A stretch of 64,000 nt of DNA from a virus (IMGVR_UViG_3300028422_001686), one strand, 5' to 3'; shown: positions 26,413 to 35,788, numbered from the stretch's first letter. Numbers and translations: made by a program. Notes: generated from the letters alone by a model not told the origin.

Positions 26413-26556
26413 TTATAGTAGGTCGATAGAGATAGGTTATCGCATTTTAAGCCGTAGGTTATAGGTTCAAATCCTATCCTTGCAGCCATTTTATTGCAAG
26501 GTAGCTCAATTGGCAGAGCAACGTAAACGTCTATTTCAACTTTTTTACTTACTATT
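26413..26556 (+). ncRNA. circularly permuted tRNA-like RNA, YrlA-like (copy A)
   Basis: The order along the strand is a T-arm ATAGG-TTCAAAT-CCTAT, then the acceptor 3' strand CCTTGCA, then G-CCA, then the linker TTTTAT. After that come the complementary acceptor 5' strand TGCAAGG and a canonical D-arm GCTC-AATTGGCA-GAGC. The outer helix ATAGTAG...CTTACTAT is followed by TTTTTT. Confidence 0.45.
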
Positions 26557-26573
26557 TTTTATAAGAGGTTTTT

Positions 26574-26849
26574 ATGTCTGAAGTCAGAGTATTATTAGCT
26601 GATGTAAAGATTAAGCATAATTATGAATGCGGGAATTGTGGTGCTTTAAGAGAGGGAAGCAGTAGCTATACTACAACTATAATTGCGTCAGATACTACTG
26701 AGCTGAAAGAGGTAATGGACTCAATTTTGCCACACCCAAATAATATGCCCATAGGCTGGGCTTCTTTCTTTTCTCCAAAAGGAACTATATATTTGTGTTC
26801 AGAATGTAAAGATGAGGGCTATAAAGATGGCAAAGAAAAAAACACCTAA
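26574..26849 (+). CDS. small Zn-ribbon protein
   Basis: CGNCGAL...CSECKDEG motif. RBS AAGAGG. Confidence 0.45.
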   Translation: MSEVRVLLADVKIKHNYECGNCGALREGSSSYTTTIIASDTTELKEVMDSILPHPNNMPIGWASFFSPKGTIYLCSECKDEGYKDGKEKNT

Positions 26850-27093
26850 AAAGTCAGAGGGTACTCGAAGAGGTAAGATGTTAATTTCATCTGAGCTTTT
26901 ATCTCAATTTATTTTTGGTAGATCTTTGCAGCATATTGAAATAGTTAAAGATAATGATACTGATTTGTTTACTATTTTCATGAAAGACCCAAGCCTTGAT
27001 ATTGTGCCAGAAGGAGTTTGTACTCCTAGATACATACTTGATGAAGATAAAGATTTAACTAGAATTATAGGAGAATACCATGGGACTATTTGA
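26827..27093 (+). CDS. hypothetical protein with a basic N-terminus
   Basis: ATG at 26827 (MAKKKTPKK). Confidence 0.4.
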   Translation: MAKKKTPKKSEGTRRGKMLISSELLSQFIFGRSLQHIEIVKDNDTDLFTIFMKDPSLDIVPEGVCTPRYILDEDKDLTRIIGEYHGTI

Positions 27094-27694
27094 TTTAGTA
27101 GCACATAAGCCCGATAAGGATCTAAGGATCTTAAGTAAAAGGGTTAGTGATATTAGACATGATGCTGAGACATTAAGAAATGCGCTAGTATCTATAACTG
27201 ATGTAAACTCTTCTTTAGTACATGTCGTTGAAAAGATTGAGGGAGCTCAATTCACTACGCAGAAAGAAAAAATCAGTAAATTAAAAGTTGATGATGACTA
27301 CAAAAAAGAACTGATTGAGTCAATTGATAACTGTAAAAAAATGGCCCTAGATACGCTTAAGCCATTAATGGAGCATTCTTCTAAATTAGAAGGAAATATG
27401 GTTGCTGCAGAGATTAAGGGTAAGACAATGCTCGTTATCTTAGAGGCTCAAAAGAAAGTAGTTGAGTCTGGTCATATGCAACTTAAGCTTATTAAGCAAA
27501 TTGAGGCTGAAGGAAATAAAAATTCTGCTAAGATTAAAGAGTTAGTTTCTGAAGCAGAAAAAATCAACAATATCACTAGAAATGCTGTTGAGACTTTTAG
27601 TACAAGTGGAGCGGAAATTGATAGTGTTATCAATACTTTTGGTGAAAAGAATGGTTCTATTTCAGATATGTTAAAAAGTAACTGGATGAATTAA
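27080..27694 (+). CDS. hypothetical coiled-coil protein
   Basis: 204-aa ORF. Confidence 0.5.
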   Translation: MGLFDLVAHKPDKDLRILSKRVSDIRHDAETLRNALVSITDVNSSLVHVVEKIEGAQFTTQKEKISKLKVDDDYKKELIESIDNCKKMALDTLKPLMEHSSKLEGNMVAAEIKGKTMLVILEAQKKVVESGHMQLKLIKQIEAEGNKNSAKIKELVSEAEKINNITRNAVETFSTSGAEIDSVINTFGEKNGSISDMLKSNWMN

Positions 27695-27695
27695 A

Positions 27696-28256
27696 ATGAG
27701 CTTGCCATATACTGAGAAAAATTTTAAGCTGTATCAATCTTTTTGTTCTCACTTAACAAAGAACGATATATTTGGCCATTATGCTTCAACTGCCGTTGAA
27801 ACATTTATCTTTCAGGCTATTTTTGATAGATGTAAGCATGCTAGATTTAGATTTGGTGAATGCAATGAGCATTCTTTCAATAAAGAGTATTGTGAATGTC
27901 CGAGTAACTGGTGTCCATTAAAATCAAGTGTTAGCGAAAGAAAGAGATCTATTTCTTCTAATTTTTGGAGAAATAAATATCTCGAAATGGTAAATTTCTT
28001 AAAATGTAATGAGCTTCCTCTACGAAAAGCTTTTACTTTGGCAGACATTAACTATATATTGGAAGTTTTCTATCAGAGGGCCTTAAAAGAAAGAGAAGAG
28101 ATAAAGAAAAATAAAAGCCATGTTTCTAGCTTTTGTAAATTCGAGCCGATCTATAAGAAGATCGAAACTAAATTTATTTTAAAAGAAAATATGTGGCAAA
28201 AATTTAAGTCAGGTAACATGAAGGAGGATTTATGTTCTATTGTATCGGACTTTTAA
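27696..28256 (+). CDS. hypothetical Cys-rich protein
   Basis: 186-aa ORF. Confidence 0.5.
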   Translation: MSLPYTEKNFKLYQSFCSHLTKNDIFGHYASTAVETFIFQAIFDRCKHARFRFGECNEHSFNKEYCECPSNWCPLKSSVSERKRSISSNFWRNKYLEMVNFLKCNELPLRKAFTLADINYILEVFYQRALKEREEIKKNKSHVSSFCKFEPIYKKIETKFILKENMWQKFKSGNMKEDLCSIVSDF

Positions 28257-28473
28257 CTGTAGGATCTATTTGTTATTTTGGATATCAAGGCTGGAAAGCT
28301 ATCAAAAATAATGATTCCTATGAAAAGAGTTTTAAAGTTTTTAGCAAACCTTTTGTCCTTACGATTAATGAAGAAGGCGTAGGTATCACTAGAGACGAAA
28401 AGTAGTTAGTTATGGCTAGCATCTTTTGGGAGAAGCTTGTGTTTCAATAAGTAATTTTACTTAGGAGAAACAC

Positions 28474-29046
28474 ATGTATGACATTAATTTTAAAAGAAAA
28501 ATTCTTTCACAATTAGATAGTGAATTTAATTCTATCCCTCAAGAAGAGTATGAGTCTTATAGTTTGTTCTATAATAGCTGGGTAGTTAAAGTAAGAGTTA
28601 GTAATAAAGGATGGGATTTTTTACATAGAGCTTATTATTTATGTAAAAATGTTTATGAAATTATAGATATTCCATTTATTGATTTTGCTAATCACTTTAT
28701 ATATCGAAGAGGCTGGAGAAATAGCCTTATCCCCTATTCATGGACACACAAAAGAACATGGTGTCGTTTTGGTCGTGAGCGACATAAGTATCAAAAAAAA
28801 TCACACCATAAAAAGAAAGTTCTTACTGAGCATGAAAAAGCAAAGAAAGAATGGAGAGTAAAAACAAAGGATCCTAGAGATCAAGGTGAAAGATACTCTA
28901 ACAACAGTATGTATACATATGCTCGTCGTCGGGCTAATAGAGATGTAAGAAGAAAGGTTAAGCAATTGATTTATCATTGTGGTGACTGGGACGCTTATGT
29001 CCATCCTGACAAGAATGAGTTTCTTGACCCATGGGATTATAGTTAA
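28474..29046 (+). CDS. hypothetical basic protein
   Basis: RBS AGGAGAAA. The C-terminal half is Lys/Arg-rich. Confidence 0.5.
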   Translation: MYDINFKRKILSQLDSEFNSIPQEEYESYSLFYNSWVVKVRVSNKGWDFLHRAYYLCKNVYEIIDIPFIDFANHFIYRRGWRNSLIPYSWTHKRTWCRFGRERHKYQKKSHHKKKVLTEHEKAKKEWRVKTKDPRDQGERYSNNSMYTYARRRANRDVRRKVKQLIYHCGDWDAYVHPDKNEFLDPWDYS

Positions 29047-29471
29047 AAGTTTTAATAGGTCGACAAATAATGGTTATCAATGATGTTGTAGTAGTGTTTT
29101 TTTAATTTTTCGCTAGTTGTTTTCCTATTTCTCTTGAGGCATAATTAATTGCTTTTGAAGAGGGAAGTAGATTGGTTTTAAAAAATTAACCGTAGAGGGT
29201 ACTTCTCGTGGTGTCAGCCACGTAAATAATATGACAGAGTGAACTGTAAACTCCACCTCCACTAGAAGGTGTGCACTAGTGGAAAACAAGGGAGTAACGC
29301 GTAAGATCTTATGATACGAGAAGCGGCCGATTTGTGGATTTTTATTCCATTATTTAACTATTTACCTATTTTTTAGGCTAAAACACAATGCGGATTAACC
29401 TTAAGGTCGTGTGACGGATCGACTATAAAAATAACGCTACCAGTGTGTGGATACTGAGGCATGTGTTTTCA

Positions 29472-29501
29472 GGGCTCACTATTTTAGTGGGCCCTTTTTA
29501 T
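29472..29501 (+). terminator. intrinsic terminator closing the 29050-29500 non-coding region
   Basis: GGGCTCACT-ATTTT-AGTGGGCCC followed by TTTTTATTTTT. Confidence 0.6.
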
Positions 29502-29520
29502 TTTTAAGGATGTATTTTTT

Positions 29521-29778
29521 ATGAGTATAACATTGATAAAAAAAGAGAAGGTTATTAAGGAAGTAAAATACCTTAATGTATGTGCTAAATGTTCAGATTG
29601 TTTTTCTGGTGATCTGTTAGATTCACAAGGCAATATCGTCCATGACTATGATGGATATGTTCCATCTGGGCTAGGTATTGGTCGTGGAGACTATGTAGAA
29701 TTTAAGGTTGACTTAGAAACTGGTCAGATCTTAAATTGGAAAAAACCAGAAGACATTATTATTGAAGATAATGATTAG
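29521..29778 (+). CDS. hypothetical protein
   Basis: 85-aa ORF. Confidence 0.45.
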   Translation: MSITLIKKEKVIKEVKYLNVCAKCSDCFSGDLLDSQGNIVHDYDGYVPSGLGIGRGDYVEFKVDLETGQILNWKKPEDIIIEDND

Positions 29779-29780
29779 TA

Positions 29781-29925
29781 AATAGTGTATGCCGAAAGAA
29801 TTTGATTACCATATCAAGGAGTAGGTCGTAGGTTCGAGTCCTGCTCTCCTCCCCATTTTATGGAGGAGATAGCTCAGTGGGTAGAGCAACTAAAGCTCAA
29901 ATTCACCCTTTTGCTTACACTATTT
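29781..29925 (+). ncRNA. circularly permuted tRNA-like RNA, YrlA-like (copy B)
   Basis: The outer helix AATAGTGTATGC pairs with GCTTACACTATT and is followed by TTTTATTTT. Inside are a T-arm GTAGG-TTCGAGT-CCTGC, the acceptor 3' strand TCTCCTC, C-CCA and the linker TTTTATG. These are followed by the complementary acceptor 5' strand GAGGAGA and the D-arm GCTC-AGTGGGTA-GAGC. Confidence 0.45.
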
Positions 29926-30037
29926 TTATTTTAAATATTCTTTAGCTAGGTCGAATGACATTCCGTTATCATTTGTTTTGGGTATAAATAGACCGGAGTC
30001 AATTTTATTACTTAGCTTTATATTAAAAGGAGGGAAG

Positions 30038-30664
30038 ATGAAAGAACGAATCTTTCTTGCACTTGCTATCTTTTTAACTATTTTTATTATCGGTAACGCT
30101 GAAGCCACTTCTCCTAAAGATGTAGATAAATGGTGTAAGTATTATCAATATGATAATTGTGAGTTAGTTCATGCAATTATAAAAAGTGAATCAGGATATA
30201 ATCCAACATCTTTTGTTGATGAAAAATCAGGAAGTTATGGGTTAATGATGGTTCAGTGTGATACCGCTAAGGATCCTCGTCTTGAAGCCCCACTTAAATA
30301 TGGCTGTGATCAACTGTTTAATCCTCAGCTAAATGTAAGATATGGAATTATGTATCTTAAGATGATTCAGAAACTACTTATAATAGCTGATTCTGAAGAA
30401 GAGTTTATTAAAGACTTAATTGCTGTATACAATGCAGGGTTTGATAAGACTAAAATAAGCAAAGAAATAACTGTTGCTGGAGACATTATTGTCGCTACTG
30501 GATATAAACCACGTAAATGTAAACACTATAATAAGTTTAGATATGATGGTTTTCCTCCACAAGAATGCTATCCCGGTGAATACATTAATGAAGAACATGT
30601 TTGGAAAGTTTATAGACGATACAAGTTTTTAAAGGAGAAGTCTAATGAAATGGTTAAAAAGTGA
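30038..30664 (+). CDS. lytic transglycosylase (SLT domain), secreted
   Basis: Signal peptide. The catalytic-region signature ESGYNPTS...GSYGLMMVQ matches the SLT pattern E-S-x-x-N-P ... G-x-x-G-L-M-Q. RBS AAGGAGGG. Confidence 0.65.
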   Translation: MKERIFLALAIFLTIFIIGNAEATSPKDVDKWCKYYQYDNCELVHAIIKSESGYNPTSFVDEKSGSYGLMMVQCDTAKDPRLEAPLKYGCDQLFNPQLNVRYGIMYLKMIQKLLIIADSEEEFIKDLIAVYNAGFDKTKISKEITVAGDIIVATGYKPRKCKHYNKFRYDGFPPQECYPGEYINEEHVWKVYRRYKFLKEKSNEMVKK

Positions 30665-31121
30665 AGTAAACCAAAAACGTTTTAATTGGCTTGTTGTGGT
30701 CAATATTTTTTTGATCTATTTATTAATTGCACTATCTAATAGCGCCAAGGCTCAAGATCAAATTGGATCAGTTAATACTAAAGGACTTATCTTTAAAGAT
30801 AAGATTAATGTCGTTGCATTTGATGATCCCGGTATTTCAGGAGTTACATGTTATACAACTCAACATAAAAAAGCTTTAAGTCTTGTTGATAGCTCTAGTG
30901 TTTCTTTGGCTTGTAGGCAGACCGGTGCAATTAACTTAAGTAATACTAATAATGCTTCAAATGTTTTTTCTACAATGAAAGGACTCTTTTTTAAAGAGAC
31001 AGTTATTGATAGATTTATTGACAATAAAAGAGGTGTTATTGTTTATTTAGCTTATACAAAAGCTCTTGGTGGTAAAAATGCTAGTCATAGTATTTCTACT
31101 GTAGTTGTAAGGCCCTGGTAG
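30645..31121 (+). CDS. putative secreted protein
   Basis: Signal peptide ending in SNSAKA. Confidence 0.45.
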   Translation: MKWLKSEVNQKRFNWLVVVNIFLIYLLIALSNSAKAQDQIGSVNTKGLIFKDKINVVAFDDPGISGVTCYTTQHKKALSLVDSSSVSLACRQTGAINLSNTNNASNVFSTMKGLFFKETVIDRFIDNKRGVIVYLAYTKALGGKNASHSISTVVVRPW

Positions 31122-31130
31122 GAGAAAATT

Positions 31131-31376
31131 ATGTTTTTAGCGTATATTGCATTTTGGATGATTATAGTTGGGCTCGTTACTTACTGTGCTTTATATATTT
31201 TTGAAAAGATTGAAATTAAAGCAACTCAAAGTGCTATTAGAAGGCAGATTGAGGAAAAAATTGATGATACTCTTTTTCATGATAATCAAGCCCAAGTAAT
31301 TAAAGAGTTTAGAGAGTTTTCAAATGAGCATGGTCTTAATGGTAAAGATGATGTTAAAAATTTTATAAATAGCTAA
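31131..31376 (+). CDS. small membrane protein
   Basis: N-terminal transmembrane helix. Confidence 0.4.
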   Translation: MFLAYIAFWMIIVGLVTYCALYIFEKIEIKATQSAIRRQIEEKIDDTLFHDNQAQVIKEFREFSNEHGLNGKDDVKNFINS

Positions 31377-31391
31377 GGAGGATTTTAAGCT

Positions 31392-32615
31392 ATGAAAGCA
31401 AGTAAAAAAATTGTTATTGTAATGATTGTTGCAGCTTCAATTTTGTTTTTATCACTGTTGGGTAACATTGTAGAGACAAATATGGCTGGACAGTTCCAGA
31501 TTAAACAGGCAGCTATTAGCGGTGAAATGTCAGTCAGGTTTGAACCAGGAATGTATTGGCAAACTTTTGGTACGATTCACCCTTATAAGAATGTTGCTAC
31601 CGTAGGTTTTGGAAAAGAAAATGATGGAGATGGTTCTGCAGATATTGATGCAATTCCTGTAATTTTTAATGATGGATCTAAGGCCAATATTTCTGGATTG
31701 ATCAGAGTAAAATTGCCTGCAACAATAGAAGGTGCAAAAAACCTTAAAAAGGAATATGCTGGTGGGTTTGATCATTTTATTAAATCAGGTATTGTTCCCA
31801 TTGTAAGAAATGCTGTAAGGTTGAGCGCAAACTTAAGAAGTGCACAGGAAGCATATACTACTCTTGCACTTTTTCAACAAGCAGTTGAAGATCAACTTAG
31901 AAACGGCCCCTATGTAACTAAATCTGATACAGTTAGAATTAGCAAGAGTACAGGTGATGTTGAAGAACAAAAAGTTACTGTTATTGTAAGAGATGAGAAG
32001 ACAGGTGAACCACTTCGTCTTAATAATAGATTTCAAGAGCTTGGTTGTGAAGTTCTTGAAGCTGTAATTGATGTTCCAAATTTTGATAAGAAAGTTGAAG
32101 ATATGATTGCTAAGCGTAAAGATGAAGCAATGTTGACTGAACTTTCAAAACAATCGGCCTTAAGAGCAAAACAAGATGCTATTACTGCTATTGAACAAGG
32201 TAAAGCTGATGTAGCAAAAGCTGAAGCAGATGCTTTGGTTGAGAAGAAAAAGGCTGTCGTTGAAGCACAAAAAGAAAAAGAAGTAGCAGAAACACAAGCT
32301 CGCAAGAAATATGAAGTTGAAAAGCTTGCAGCGCTAGAGGCCTTAGAGAAAGCTAAGAAAATTAAGGCTGAAGGTATGGCTGAAGCTGCTGCTGCTGCTG
32401 CAAAAGTTAAAGCTGGTTTGACACCACTTGAAGCTGCAACTATTCGTAAAGACACAATGATTGGTATGATGGAAGCTTGGGCTAAAAGAGCTGTTCCTAC
32501 AACAATCTTTGGTGGTAGTGATAGTAAAGGTGGATCCAATACTGTAATGGAAATTTTAGGGGCTGATTCTGCATTTAATTTAGTTGACAGAATGGCTGCT
32601 AGAAGTAAACAATAG
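31392..32615 (+). CDS. SPFH/band-7 domain protein with an Ala/Lys/Glu-rich coiled-coil tail
   Basis: N-terminal transmembrane helix, then an SPFH-like core, then a long AKAE-repeat coiled coil. RBS AAGGAGGA. Confidence 0.55.
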   Translation: MKASKKIVIVMIVAASILFLSLLGNIVETNMAGQFQIKQAAISGEMSVRFEPGMYWQTFGTIHPYKNVATVGFGKENDGDGSADIDAIPVIFNDGSKANISGLIRVKLPATIEGAKNLKKEYAGGFDHFIKSGIVPIVRNAVRLSANLRSAQEAYTTLALFQQAVEDQLRNGPYVTKSDTVRISKSTGDVEEQKVTVIVRDEKTGEPLRLNNRFQELGCEVLEAVIDVPNFDKKVEDMIAKRKDEAMLTELSKQSALRAKQDAITAIEQGKADVAKAEADALVEKKKAVVEAQKEKEVAETQARKKYEVEKLAALEALEKAKKIKAEGMAEAAAAAAKVKAGLTPLEAATIRKDTMIGMMEAWAKRAVPTTIFGGSDSKGGSNTVMEILGADSAFNLVDRMAARSKQ

Positions 32616-32638
32616 AAACCCGTAACAAAGGAAAAGTT

Positions 32639-32857
32639 ATGTCAGAGGGAACAAACAACTTGCTTGAAAAAGCAGTTCAAGAAATGAATGAAACTGATGC
32701 AAAAGGTGCAGTTGGTCAAATCAAAAATTTGATCAGAGGCATTAATGCAAACGATGAAAAAATCGCTGTGCTTGTAAAGCACAATGATGACCTTAAGAAA
32801 CAAATCAACAAGCTTGTTTCTAAGGGTGGATTGACTGCAGATAAATTTGCAGCTTAA
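32639..32857 (+). CDS. hypothetical protein
   Basis: 72-aa ORF. Confidence 0.4.
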   Translation: MSEGTNNLLEKAVQEMNETDAKGAVGQIKNLIRGINANDEKIAVLVKHNDDLKKQINKLVSKGGLTADKFAA

Positions 32858-32898
32858 TTTAAATTAAGTGCTTCCTCCTTTTGGAGGAGGCACTCATT

Positions 32899-33375
32899 AT
32901 GAGGTGTGTTATGTCTGTTACTCCAAGTATTAGTGAATGTCCATTTTGTGGTCACAACTCCACTTCCTTTTCTACTGTATCTTATGATAGTGGTGAGCTC
33001 GACTATATTATTACGTGTGATAATGAAGAGTGTGGAGCATCAATGTCGTTAGATGCAAAGCCTGAATTGGTTAGTAGAAGTGAATTAGAGGCCTTAGAAG
33101 AACTAACTAATAAGTGGAATAAGAGATATAATCCATATGATAATGTTATTAAGTTTCCTATAGAAAGGCCTATCCCTTTAAAAGAAGCCCAAGAAAACTA
33201 TAATGAACAAGAGAGCATTAAGGGAAAAAGAAATCAGATATATAATGATATTCTTTCAGTTAAAGGAATGTATCCACGATTTGCAAATGCTAAAATGCAA
33301 CAAGATGCTAAATCATTTTTTAGATCTTTATGGCAAGTTCATTCAGGAGGTAAAGATGAGGGGTCGAATCAATAA
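32899..33375 (+). CDS. Zn-ribbon protein
   Basis: CPFCGH...CDNEECG motif. RBS GGAGGAGG. Confidence 0.4.
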   Translation: MRCVMSVTPSISECPFCGHNSTSFSTVSYDSGELDYIITCDNEECGASMSLDAKPELVSRSELEALEELTNKWNKRYNPYDNVIKFPIERPIPLKEAQENYNEQESIKGKRNQIYNDILSVKGMYPRFANAKMQQDAKSFFRSLWQVHSGGKDEGSNQ

Positions 33376-33625
33376 AATACCTAATTTCTTAGATCCTAGA
33401 GGGGTCTGTTGCTCAAGTGCTGTAGTTTTAGATCGTTGGTTAAAGTCATGTACAAATTTAGATCAAGTTAAAACTGTAGAAGGCTTTATTCAAAGACATG
33501 GAAAAGAGTTTCGTTTGTGTAGGTGGTGTGAAATCTACATAGAGGCCTTGCTTTTAGAGTATATGCAAAAATATAATGTAGATCCAGAACACATTAAGCA
33601 TCTGGAGGAGGAATGGAAAGACTAG
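33356..33625 (+). CDS. hypothetical Cys-rich protein
   Basis: ATG at 33356 after CAGGAGGTAAAG. Confidence 0.4.
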   Translation: MRGRINKIPNFLDPRGVCCSSAVVLDRWLKSCTNLDQVKTVEGFIQRHGKEFRLCRWCEIYIEALLLEYMQKYNVDPEHIKHLEEEWKD

Positions 33626-33891
33626 ACCTTAAAGAAATTGCTCAGTTTATTTCTGATTTTATAAAAATGAATGAAATGGATCCAGAATATATTGGGTATA
33701 TAAAAAAATTAGTGGACTTAGGTCCAAGACTATCTTTGGTTTCTTGTAAAAATTGTAGCTATTCATCTAATTTTTCTGGTTTAGATAATACTAACTTCTA
33801 TTGCATGAAGTCACATGCTCCGTGGTATGGCAAGGGTGTAAAAGCAGATTATTACTGTAATTTTTATAAAGAGAAGACTAATGAAGACTGA
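33613..33891 (+). CDS. hypothetical Cys-rich protein
   Basis: 92-aa ORF. Confidence 0.4.
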   Translation: MERLDLKEIAQFISDFIKMNEMDPEYIGYIKKLVDLGPRLSLVSCKNCSYSSNFSGLDNTNFYCMKSHAPWYGKGVKADYYCNFYKEKTNED

Positions 33892-34195
33892 CATGGAATA
33901 CTTAAATAGAATGTTACTCGCTATTATAGATAGTGATATAGATAATAAGGATAGTATTGACAAAGAAGAGATAGAGGAAGATAATACTTTAAGTTTTTAT
34001 AAAAAGGACTAGTTATGGCTGACATTGATTATCAAGATTTTGTTGATGAATACTGTAGTGAAAATGAATTAAATGAAGATGAATTAACTGATTTAGATAA
34101 AAAAGCAATCAGACTAATCCTTATAAAAGAGCTTTTAAAAAGAAAGACTAGCAAAGGCAGTGTTTCTATTATTAACACATTTAAAAAGGATTAAA

Positions 34196-35788
34196 ATGAA
34201 GAAATTATTACAAATTTGTTCTTTTTTGATTTTTCTATCACTGATGTCTATTAATACACATGCGGCATTGGGAGCAAAATCATACAAGAAAAACTATGTT
34301 CCTGGTGAATATATAGTTAAAGTTGAAAATGCAAGCGTCTTAAAGAACTTAAAAAGAACTTGTACAAAAGTTCAGTTTATTAATAAAGAATATGTAAAAG
34401 CGAATTGTTCTGTTGTAAATATGAGAGGTTTCTATAAAGCCTTTAGTACAGATGTTCATATTGAGCCAAATTATATTTGGACTATTGATGATTACACTGT
34501 GACTGATCCTGGTTTTTCTAAGACCTGGGGGCTTTACAATAAGACAAATGGTGTAGATATTAATGCTTTAAAAGCCTGGAATTTAACACGTGGCTCTGAA
34601 GATATCAAAATTGCTGTAATTGATACAGGCATTGATTACAATCATCCTGATCTTGCTGCCAATATTTGGACTAATGAAGCAGAAGCAAATGGTCAACCAG
34701 GTGTTGACGATGATGGAAATGGTTATGTTGACGATATTCATGGATATGATTTTGCTAATAATGATAGTGATCCTATGGATGGTAATGGCCATGGTACTCA
34801 TTGTGCCGGTACTATTGGCGCTGTTCATAATAATATTGGTGTTCCTGGTGTCATGGCTAATGTCAGCCTTGTTCCAGTAAAATTTCTTACTGATGAAGGT
34901 TCAGGTTCCACTGAAGGTGCTATTAAAGCTATCGAGTATGCAATTAAAGTTGGTGTTAATGTCATGAGTAACTCTTGGGGCGGTGGCGGATACTCTGAAG
35001 CCCTTAAAGACGTTATTGAAAAAGCAAAAAATGCCGGAATTGTATTTGTTGCTGCTGCAGGTAACTCAAGTACAAATAATGATACTTCTCCACATTATCC
35101 TTCTAGTTATGATGTAGACAATGTTATTGCTGTTGCTTCCATTGATTCTGACGGTGGTATTTCTGATTTTTCATGTTATGGAAAACAATCAGTTGATGTT
35201 GCTGCTCCTGGTAGAGATATTTACTCTACATGGCCAGGTGGTGGATATAAGTCTATCTCTGGTACATCTATGGCAACTCCACATGTTTCTGGTGTTATGG
35301 GCCTATATTTGTCAATGTATAACTTTGATAGTTTTGTTGAACTAAAAAAGAAGTTAATGGAAACGGCTGTCTACTCTTCTGCTTATAAAAATAAAATTTT
35401 AAGTCAAGGTAGAGTGGATGCTTTTAATTTCCTTACAAATACAAAGCCAGCAAGACCCGTGTCTCCTCCAGAAAGTAACTGGAAGACTAAAAGAATTAAT
35501 GCTGTTCAAAGCGACCATCCATATGTAGATAACTTTTATAAAATTTATGAAATAAAAGTTCCTGAAGCTAAATACATTAGGGTTAAAGTAAAGAAATATG
35601 ATCTTGAAACTAACTACGATAAGCTCTTCATTACTGATGCTAAAAATGGATTGGCTGATACAATTACTGGAGCTGGTGAAAACTATGTTTCAGAATATGT
35701 AGAAGGTGATACAGTAAAGGTTACTTTAAAAACTGATAGAAGCGAGACTCGCTGGGGCTTCTATATTAATGAGATTGAATATCAATAA
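34196..35788 (+). CDS. subtilisin-like serine protease (peptidase S8), secreted
   Basis: The Asp, His and Ser catalytic-triad motifs are all present: AVIDTGIDYNHPDL, HGTHCAGTIGA and GTSMATPHVSGV. Signal peptide MKKLLQICSFLIFLSLMSINTHA. Confidence 0.75.
   Translation: MKKLLQICSFLIFLSLMSINTHAALGAKSYKKNYVPGEYIVKVENASVLKNLKRTCTKVQFINKEYVKANCSVVNMRGFYKAFSTDVHIEPNYIWTIDDYTVTDPGFSKTWGLYNKTNGVDINALKAWNLTRGSEDIKIAVIDTGIDYNHPDLAANIWTNEAEANGQPGVDDDGNGYVDDIHGYDFANNDSDPMDGNGHGTHCAGTIGAVHNNIGVPGVMANVSLVPVKFLTDEGSGSTEGAIKAIEYAIKVGVNVMSNSWGGGGYSEALKDVIEKAKNAGIVFVAAAGNSSTNNDTSPHYPSSYDVDNVIAVASIDSDGGISDFSCYGKQSVDVAAPGRDIYSTWPGGGYKSISGTSMATPHVSGVMGLYLSMYNFDSFVELKKKLMETAVYSSAYKNKILSQGRVDAFNFLTNTKPARPVSPPESNWKTKRINAVQSDHPYVDNFYKIYEIKVPEAKYIRVKVKKYDLETNYDKLFITDAKNGLADTITGAGENYVSEYVEGDTVKVTLKTDRSETRWGFYINEIEYQ

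Noticed and set aside
32033-32539. 168-aa minus-strand ORF (Ala/Ser-rich) inside the SPFH gene
   Set aside because: It is the reverse complement of the GCT/GCA/AAG-rich coiled-coil tail of the + strand gene. It has no RBS and its low-complexity composition is typical of an antisense artefact.
34583-35345. Nested ORFs inside the S8 protease gene (34583-34828 on the minus strand, 34620-34880 and 35121-35345 on the + strand)
   Set aside because: They lie entirely within a confidently assigned protease gene and have hydrophobic low-complexity products.
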